From UHGV virus genome UHGV-0117634: DNA of 64,000 nucleotides; one strand, 5' to 3'. The DNA is from a virus. The stretch's first letter is position 1. The number at the start of each line of letters is the position of its first letter. This document shows positions 57,566 through 64,000 of this stretch, one piece after another. The translations under genes were made by a program, and so were the position numbers. The notes under the pieces are model-generated. The model saw nothing but the letters and a program-made list of their open reading frames with translations. It had not been told where the DNA came from and did not search any database.

Positions 57566-58669
57566 TTACTCAGCGTCTGAACGAACGTCAACAAGCAGTT
57601 GAGGACGTGTGCAGTATGGCAGCATGTAAGAGTGGGCTTCGAAGTCAATACCTTCGTCACGGTCTTTCTCATATTCGAACACATACAGTTCCTGACCCAG
57701 AGTGTTTGCATAACCCATCTTAGGACATGGAGCGTAAGCAACTTCGAAGATGTTGTTAGCTTCACCCAACATTGCTACGTTAGGGAATGCGTGACCTACA
57801 CCAATATTAGTGTCAGATACACCGTCAATGCTAACCAGAGTATGAGTCTTACCACGCTTGTCTTTGAACTTACCGTTGTACTGTACGAATACAACACCAC
57901 CGTAGTAGAAGCGGTTCATGTGAGCCTGAACACCATCAGTACCACCAGTTCTCAGAGAACCAGTAATCTGTTGCCAAGCCAGCGGAGTCTGCTGTGCAAG
58001 GTATGCGTCACGAATCTTAGGATGCTTGATAAGCTTGCTGAAAAAAGTTCTGTCAACAACGATGTGAATTTCTTCACCGTTAATTACAGTACCTGTCTTA
58101 GCTTCATCTTCCATGTGCATACGCAGGTCTTCAATGTGCGCATCGATATCAGAGTTCGGGTTGTCCAAGTCGAAGTAGATAGTCTTCTTAGTTACATCGA
58201 ACTGCTTGTACAGGTCTGCGTACAGAACACCGTTAGCGTCGATAACTTTACCCTTCAGGGCTTGCATAAACAAGAACTCACGAGTAATATCAAACTTGGT
58301 ACGAATCTTCATCAGCTTCTTAGCACGTACAACTGCTTCAGTAGTCAGTTCATTTGCAGTGCCTGGCTGACGAACACCCTGAATCTCATCAGGAGTGATG
58401 CTTTCAACTTCCTTGAAGTACATCATCGGGAAGCTAATCTGACGAACACGCTCAGGAGCGCTAGTCTCAGCTTTACGGCTGGTACGGTCTACCGCATCCA
58501 GTAAGCTGATATCCCAATCAGTCAAGTCCATCAGGAAAGTAGTCTGTGTTTGTGGGGCAGAACGGAACAGTCCCAGACCAGAGATATATCCGTAAGTATT
58601 TGGAATAGACTGGACTTCACCAGTTAAGTCAGCAAGGAAAAATCTGCTTTTTTCAGAATTAGTCAACAT
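57566..58669 (-). CDS. major capsid protein (lambda gpE-like)
   Basis: 367 aa; local similarity to lambda E as recalled (e.g. ...MQALKGK...); position after protease and decoration-like genes. Confidence 0.7.
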   Translation of the reverse strand: MLTNSEKSRFFLADLTGEVQSIPNTYGYISGLGLFRSAPQTQTTFLMDLTDWDISLLDAVDRTSRKAETSAPERVRQISFPMMYFKEVESITPDEIQGVRQPGTANELTTEAVVRAKKLMKIRTKFDITREFLFMQALKGKVIDANGVLYADLYKQFDVTKKTIYFDLDNPNSDIDAHIEDLRMHMEDEAKTGTVINGEEIHIVVDRTFFSKLIKHPKIRDAYLAQQTPLAWQQITGSLRTGGTDGVQAHMNRFYYGGVVFVQYNGKFKDKRGKTHTLVSIDGVSDTNIGVGHAFPNVAMLGEANNIFEVAYAPCPKMGYANTLGQELYVFEYEKDRDEGIDFEAHSYMLPYCTRPQLLVDVRSDAE

Positions 58670-58700
58670 TGTAAAATTCTCCAGAATGTCTTATTATTAA

Positions 58701-59078
58701 TTACAGGCCAGTTGGGACGAAATCAATACCTTTCGCCTTAAGAGCAGACTTGACAGCAGCAGCATCAACGCCACTCTCTAGCTTCAGCAAGTCTTTCAGT
58801 TCAGCGTCACGGTAGATACCAACGACTTTCAACTGACCATGATAAGACAGTTGTAGGTCTGCATAGAAGTTAACGATACATACAGAATCTGCCTGAGCTT
58901 CTTGACCAGCAGCTACTTTAGAGCCGTCAGCCTTCAGAACTTCACCAACACGGTATTCTGTGCTTGCTACTGGAGCATACTCTTTACGAGAGTGACCAGT
59001 TGGGGTAATTTCTTCCCAAAGGATGATATCGTTAAGAGGTTCTCTTTCACCTAATTTAGTAAAACCTTGATATGCCAT
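58701..59078 (-). CDS. head decoration-like protein
   Basis: 125 aa, between protease-scaffold and major capsid genes as for lambda D. Confidence 0.45.
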   Translation of the reverse strand: MAYQGFTKLGEREPLNDIILWEEITPTGHSRKEYAPVASTEYRVGEVLKADGSKVAAGQEAQADSVCIVNFYADLQLSYHGQLKVVGIYRDAELKDLLKLESGVDAAAVKSALKAKGIDFVPTGL

Positions 59079-59090
59079 TATTTGTGTTCC

Positions 59091-60440
59091 TTATTTCTTG
59101 ATAAGAGTATTCAAAGCATTCTGGAGAGCCAGTTTGCGTTGGTCAGCGTTAGCATTAACATTTGCTTCTGGAGTGGTATCTTTACCATCATCCACTTCTG
59201 CTTCGCCGTCATTGCCAAGTTCTTCCATAGCGTTTGAGTGTTCCAGAACAGCACCAGCAGCTTCTTTCAGCTTAGTGATTTCAGAATCCTTCTCAGACAT
59301 GGCAGAAGCATGGGACGCGATAGTTTCATTAAGTTTCTGGTTAGCACCTTCCATAGCATTCATAAACAGAACACTCAGAGGGTTGTCAAGACCAGCACCT
59401 AAAATAGCTGTTGCAGCTTCTTTTGCATCAAACCCAAAAGCTTCAGCAGATGCAGAAATCTTACCAGTTAAATCTGTAAGAACTGTTTCCTGTTCCTTAG
59501 CTTTCATTTGAGCAACCTGAAGACGCAGAGCTTCTAGTTCTTGCTTTTCTTGTTCAGTCATTTCTTCACCTGAATTGTTTGTGTTTAAACTTACAGGAGC
59601 TTCTTCAGAACCTTGTAAGTAATTTAAGAAATCATCTTGAGACATGATAGAGTTAATTAAACCAAGTTCAAGAGCTTCCTGAGCAGAATAAACATTCGCC
59701 TCAGTATTCTTTACAGCTTCTTCAGAGATATTACGTGAGTCTGCAACAAAACTAGTAAAAGTCTTGTAAGTGTCATCAATTCTCTTTTGAAGTCTATTCT
59801 TGCTTTCTTCTGATAATGCTTGGAATGGGGAACCCATACCTTTAAATTCACCAGCTTTAATAACGTTAATAGTTACGCCATTCTTTTCAAATGCTTTAGT
59901 TAATTCTTGGTGAACCATAATCACACCAATTGAACCAACATCTGCATCTGGTGATGCAATAATTTCTTCAGCGGAAGATGCAAGAGCGTATGCAGCAGAG
60001 CAAGCAAACTCATCTACATAAGCAATAATTTTCTTTTGGCCTCTTGAAGCCATGATGTGACGTGCCAACTCAAAACAACCTGACGCTTCACCACCACCTG
60101 AATCAACGTGCAGCACGATAGTCTTAATAGACTCATCTGCTAGGGCTTCGTCAAAGCCTCTGCGTAAACCTTCATAAGAACTTAGTCCACCAGTACACAT
60201 TGCATCCATGAAGGTCATACGATGTGTTAGGCCACCCATAATAGGGATGATAGCAATGTCTTCTTTAACTTTTAAAAGACTCCTTGCTTCACCTTTTGGC
60301 TTATCGAAGTTTACTGCTGCTTGTACCTCACCTAACAAGCGGTTATTAACATAAGTCGCTGCTGAGTGGGCTAATGATTCTGTAGCTAGTAAAGGTTGGT
60401 TGAATAATCTGTCAGCAAGTCTGAAGATATTCGAACTCAT
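59091..60440 (-). CDS. head maturation protease (S49/ClpP-like) fused to scaffold-like C-terminal domain
   Basis: IVLHVDSGGGEASG and CSAAYALAS resemble S49 peptidase oxyanion and Ser-nucleophile regions; C-terminal charged coiled coil. Confidence 0.75.
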   Translation of the reverse strand: MSSNIFRLADRLFNQPLLATESLAHSAATYVNNRLLGEVQAAVNFDKPKGEARSLLKVKEDIAIIPIMGGLTHRMTFMDAMCTGGLSSYEGLRRGFDEALADESIKTIVLHVDSGGGEASGCFELARHIMASRGQKKIIAYVDEFACSAAYALASSAEEIIASPDADVGSIGVIMVHQELTKAFEKNGVTINVIKAGEFKGMGSPFQALSEESKNRLQKRIDDTYKTFTSFVADSRNISEEAVKNTEANVYSAQEALELGLINSIMSQDDFLNYLQGSEEAPVSLNTNNSGEEMTEQEKQELEALRLQVAQMKAKEQETVLTDLTGKISASAEAFGFDAKEAATAILGAGLDNPLSVLFMNAMEGANQKLNETIASHASAMSEKDSEITKLKEAAGAVLEHSNAMEELGNDGEAEVDDGKDTTPEANVNANADQRKLALQNALNTLIKK

Positions 60441-60451
60441 TTTTACTCACC

Positions 60452-60784
60452 CTATTTATTTAAGTCAATGGATACTGAAGAGATAACATAAATTCCTTCT
60501 TCAGCAAAGAACTGAGGGCTACTTAGAGCACCTGTTGCCACGCACTTAGAGTTGTCATCCCATAAGCTAAAATGAGAAACTGTAGCAGAAGCCGGAACAG
60601 TAATATTAACTGTGTCTTCTGAGGCAATTAATCCATTATTAGGTTCTGAGAAGAAGATAGCCACTGGCTGAGTAACCTTGTTTGCTGTAGGGTCTGCCGT
60701 TGGGTCTACATTGTGTAATACAATAGTTGTCGGGGTTAGTGTGGCTAGGATTTTATTCTTACCATCAATCGTTAATGTTCCCAT
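60452..60784 (-). CDS. hypothetical protein (110 aa) between portal and protease
   Basis: ORF-track ORF; Thr/Pro-rich N-terminal half. Confidence 0.4.
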   Translation of the reverse strand: MGTLTIDGKNKILATLTPTTIVLHNVDPTADPTANKVTQPVAIFFSEPNNGLIASEDTVNITVPASATVSHFSLWDDNSKCVATGALSSPQFFAEEGIYVISSVSIDLNK

Positions 60785-61284
60785 TAATTAAACCTTACTT
60801 TTTGTTTAAGGATTGTTGAATGGTTACCAGATTCATCTACCACATTTACAATCATATCATAAACTTTACCTTTGACAAGTACTTTGTAATCATTTTGTGA
60901 AAAAATGTACTCAAGTCTGTTAGACTCTTTATTTACTGTCATTGGAGATTGAAATGCTGTATCAATGGTAATGAATGCAGCTTCAACACTATTAACGTTA
61001 ACACGTTTATTCTCACAGTTATATAACTTTACACCCAAAAGGCATGAACTGTCAAATGGAATTTTAACAATTTCGTTACAATTGTTTGAAATAAACTGTT
61101 TTCCGCTCATTGGAGCATCAAGTAACCTGCAAATAGTGAAAACGTCAGAGGTTCCACCATCACTAACATACCCTGAAAGGCTGACCCTTGAGCCAGCCTC
61201 TACAGTTAATTCATCAGTGATAATTAAGACACCTCTATAAGAATGCACTCGCGTAGCATTGGAAATAGAGATAACTTCTGCCAT
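60784..61284 (-). CDS. hypothetical protein (166 aa) between portal and protease
   Basis: ORF-track ORF. Confidence 0.4.
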   Translation of the reverse strand: MAEVISISNATRVHSYRGVLIITDELTVEAGSRVSLSGYVSDGGTSDVFTICRLLDAPMSGKQFISNNCNEIVKIPFDSSCLLGVKLYNCENKRVNVNSVEAAFITIDTAFQSPMTVNKESNRLEYIFSQNDYKVLVKGKVYDMIVNVVDESGNHSTILKQKVRFN

Positions 61285-62750
61285 TATTTGTTTGCCTTAT
61301 TAGCTGTACTTGGGTCTTTAGCTGAAGGAGTATTAGCAGTCCCTTCTCCAGCAGTTTTATAACCATCACCAGAACGACTTTGAGTGTTTGGAGATAGTTT
61401 CTCAGATACTGGTTTAGACTCATCAGCAGGTTCAAGGTCAAGATATTCTCTAAGCTTGTCAGACAATGGCTTGTCAACTTCCAGAGCACCAACTGCAACT
61501 GTTTTCTGAATGAATGATGCAATAGCTTCAAGGTCTGGTGTCTCAATATCATCATACACAATTTCTACGTGTTCTTCATCATCCCACATATTTAGTGCAT
61601 AAGTCTGAGCAACCAAATCACGGTTAATTACATTCTTCACTTGCTTCAGAAGAATATCAACTGACATTGCCAGTAAGCTTGTCTTAGAATCTGCCAGAGA
61701 GAATGAGCCATACTTTGACTGTCCCATAGCAAGAACATCAGACATAAACGCCATCATAATTTGCTTAGAGTATCTATCAATGATAGAACCTGTATCATAA
61801 GCTTTAGCACCCTGTCGAGAAACTAATGAGAACTCAAAGATATCTTCTTTAGTTTCTGGGTCGATAAATCTAGGCCAAATTAAACCTGCTCTGTCATTAG
61901 CAATTAAATCATTTACTACTTCTTGGCAGTATTTAACAAAAGCTTTCTTTTCAGGTTCTGCATCTTCACCTAAGTAATCAGGTGGAAGACCAATCTTTGG
62001 CATACCTACTAAGTCTCTGGAAACACCAACTGCTTCAAACTCTTCAATTTGAACTTTGTATTTCCAAGGAACATAAGCATTAAGTAATGGTGAACGTCCC
62101 TCTGGGTTACCATATTCATCGTCATACTTGAACAATAAGAATTTACTTCTAGGAAGCTTTCTTGTCAATGGTTGTTCACCAAGATTAATTGCTCCTGCAA
62201 TATGGGAAACATTACGCAGGTTCTGTCTAACACCAATGACTTTTCTATAGTCAGAGTCAAAGTACCATTTGTCTAATGTAGTCTGATTACGGATTGGTAA
62301 TTTAGCCCAACCAATTAAACCATCATTATATTTTGAAGGGTACTTACCTTTCTTGCCTTGACGTTTCTTATAAACTTTTTCGTTTACACAGAAACCGTAA
62401 GTACAGAATGACATTACAGAGTTAATAAAGTCAGCCCAATCGTGCTCCATGTCATTCATTAGTGAGTTAAAGAAATTAGCCCTTTCAATCATCTTGGCAT
62501 CTTTCTCTTTTCCCTTCGGTGGTACGAATCTCCAGTTAACCTTTCTGACAAACATCTTAATAATATTTACAGAGGCTGCTACTGAAGGGTCTCTCATCAT
62601 AAGTTGGAAAGTCTTAATACTTTCTGGGAATCTTAAAGCCTGTCTAGGTTCTTCATAGATTCTTCCTGAGCGAACTTTAAGGCCAAGACTCCCAACCTCA
62701 CCCATTCTGAATGGAGGAAGGCTTTCTTGTGTTTCTGTGATATCTGCCAT
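61284..62750 (-). CDS. portal protein
   Basis: 488 aa, immediately downstream of the terminase large subunit gene; disordered basic C-terminus. Confidence 0.6.
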   Translation of the reverse strand: MADITETQESLPPFRMGEVGSLGLKVRSGRIYEEPRQALRFPESIKTFQLMMRDPSVAASVNIIKMFVRKVNWRFVPPKGKEKDAKMIERANFFNSLMNDMEHDWADFINSVMSFCTYGFCVNEKVYKKRQGKKGKYPSKYNDGLIGWAKLPIRNQTTLDKWYFDSDYRKVIGVRQNLRNVSHIAGAINLGEQPLTRKLPRSKFLLFKYDDEYGNPEGRSPLLNAYVPWKYKVQIEEFEAVGVSRDLVGMPKIGLPPDYLGEDAEPEKKAFVKYCQEVVNDLIANDRAGLIWPRFIDPETKEDIFEFSLVSRQGAKAYDTGSIIDRYSKQIMMAFMSDVLAMGQSKYGSFSLADSKTSLLAMSVDILLKQVKNVINRDLVAQTYALNMWDDEEHVEIVYDDIETPDLEAIASFIQKTVAVGALEVDKPLSDKLREYLDLEPADESKPVSEKLSPNTQSRSGDGYKTAGEGTANTPSAKDPSTANKANK

Positions 62751-62762
62751 TCTTTCTACCTA

Positions 62763-64000
62763 TTAGCGTCTTAGCCCCTGATATGGATTACTCTTCATAA
62801 TATCTGTATGAGCACCCATTGAAGGTGGCTTGAATAGTTTAACTTCGTTTAGACTGTTGAAAGCATCACTGGTAGCATCCACTTGGTCATCCTTAGTACG
62901 ACCATCGCCACAAAAACCTTCTAGTTCTTGGAAATATGCTTCATTCCAAGAGCCTCTAACAATTTTGACAAGTCCTGCCTCAGAAGCAGCAGAGAAACCC
63001 GCAAAACGGGTGACTTTATCTTTATTTGTTGGTTTAGCTCTTGCTCGGAAACCTTTCTCAGCAAGTTTTCTAATAAGGGAGGTTGCGTAGGATTTACCAG
63101 CAGCGCCGGGGTCTTGAGGGATAAAAATACCTGTGCGCTTACCATCACCTTCAGCAGTTTGGTTAATTTGTGTTTCAACTCCAGAAGGTCTATCTCTAAA
63201 TCTTACTACGTTAATCACATAATAGCAACCATCTTTTTTAGATTTACCCATTTTAACACCTGCTGTCCAGTCAGGGTTAGGGTTAACCTCAGAAGGTAAT
63301 GTTGCTGCTAAGTCCCATGCTCTTACGTCAAATACGTCTGCTGGAACACTATCAACAATTTCACACCATTGTCTTTGCCAGTAGTTTGAACCTTCAGCAC
63401 GAGCTTTCCAGTTACCAAAACGTAAACGTGCAACGTTAACTGGTGTGTTGTTTTCTAATTTACCACGATACTTAGGTTCAAGGAAATCTAGAATAGGGTT
63501 GTCATCAATTGTACCGGAAATAAAGGTATATGTTTGAGGAATCTCAAGAGGGAACATTTCAAGAATTTTATCCCTATCCCAATCAGAAACCATGACACCA
63601 TCATTCATAACATACCAACGAATCCTACCGCACTTCTCTGGGTCTGGATATCCAGCATCATCTAGGAAAGGTTCTACCCAATCATAAATAAAGTGGTCTC
63701 TATCTGGGTTCATTGAGATTTTCATATATGAGTCACCTTCAGCACCAGAACGTAAACGTGTCTGAAGATATGAAATCTGTGAAGCCGAGAAGTGTGTACC
63801 TTCGTCGAAATAAATAGCTGAGTATTCGATACCTTGGTGACCTTCTGAGTGTTTCTCAAGTTCCAAATAAGTAAACTTGATAGTTGCTCCAGAAGGGAAA
63901 GTGATAGTCATTTTCTGTTCATGTGGAACTCCACCAAACTTACCAAATAACTTCTTAGCCGCAGGCCACAGACCACCTTGTAACTGTGTTGTATTTCGAC
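62763..64000 (-). CDS. terL: terminase large subunit (partial; 5' end beyond window edge)
   Basis: Open frame runs to the window edge; C-terminal nuclease-like region (...KDDQVDATSDAFNSLN); first gene of the head operon. Confidence 0.75.
   Translation of the reverse strand, partial: RNTTQLQGGLWPAAKKLFGKFGGVPHEQKMTITFPSGATIKFTYLELEKHSEGHQGIEYSAIYFDEGTHFSASQISYLQTRLRSGAEGDSYMKISMNPDRDHFIYDWVEPFLDDAGYPDPEKCGRIRWYVMNDGVMVSDWDRDKILEMFPLEIPQTYTFISGTIDDNPILDFLEPKYRGKLENNTPVNVARLRFGNWKARAEGSNYWQRQWCEIVDSVPADVFDVRAWDLAATLPSEVNPNPDWTAGVKMGKSKKDGCYYVINVVRFRDRPSGVETQINQTAEGDGKRTGIFIPQDPGAAGKSYATSLIRKLAEKGFRARAKPTNKDKVTRFAGFSAASEAGLVKIVRGSWNEAYFQELEGFCGDGRTKDDQVDATSDAFNSLNEVKLFKPPSMGAHTDIMKSNPYQGLRR

Noticed and set aside
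57599-58504. 301-aa plus-strand ORF from the six-frame track
   Set aside because: Lies entirely inside the major capsid protein gene on the opposite strand, with low-complexity translation; antisense artefact.

Overview
This window reads as a virulent, AT-rich dsDNA phage genome segment (Felix-O1-like myovirus by gene content); no integrase, repressor-lysogeny module, tRNA, rRNA or CRISPR array was seen. Layout: (i) 1..31388, a leftward (minus-strand) early/middle block with a macro-domain gene, lysis-like genes, rIIA/rIIB, an adjacent NAMPT-family + PRPP-synthetase-family pair, aerobic (nrdAB, nrdH) and anaerobic (nrdDG) ribonucleotide reductases, candidate homing endonucleases, and a T7-like replication set (5'-3' exonuclease, SSB-like protein, primase-helicase, dNMP kinase); (ii) a divergent AT-rich control region at 31389..31648; (iii) 31649..40779, a rightward block with family A DNA polymerase, ATP-dependent DNA ligase, many small unknown ORFs, dihydrofolate reductase and thymidylate synthase, closed by a bidirectional terminator; (iv) 41471..64000, a leftward late operon with lambda-like head genes (terminase large subunit, truncated by the window edge, portal, S49 protease-scaffold, decoration-like protein, E-like major capsid protein) and a P2/Mu-like contractile tail (sheath, tube, chaperones with a predicted -1 frameshift, tape measure, baseplate, two HxH-rich tail fibers). 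The most promising candidates for an undescribed system are the macro-domain fusion protein at 949..1743, the tandem paralog pair at 12422..13347, the 4-copy direct-repeat array in a ~500-bp non-coding gap (697..890), and the two-gene insertion between portal and protease; the NAMPT/Prs pair fits the recently described NARP1 NAD+ reconstitution pathway. All calls come from reading the sequence and ORF translations by eye; no searches were run. ORF-track coordinates are used for CDSs; coordinates of elements I called myself (small ORFs, promoters, hairpins) are approximate to about +/-2 bp.
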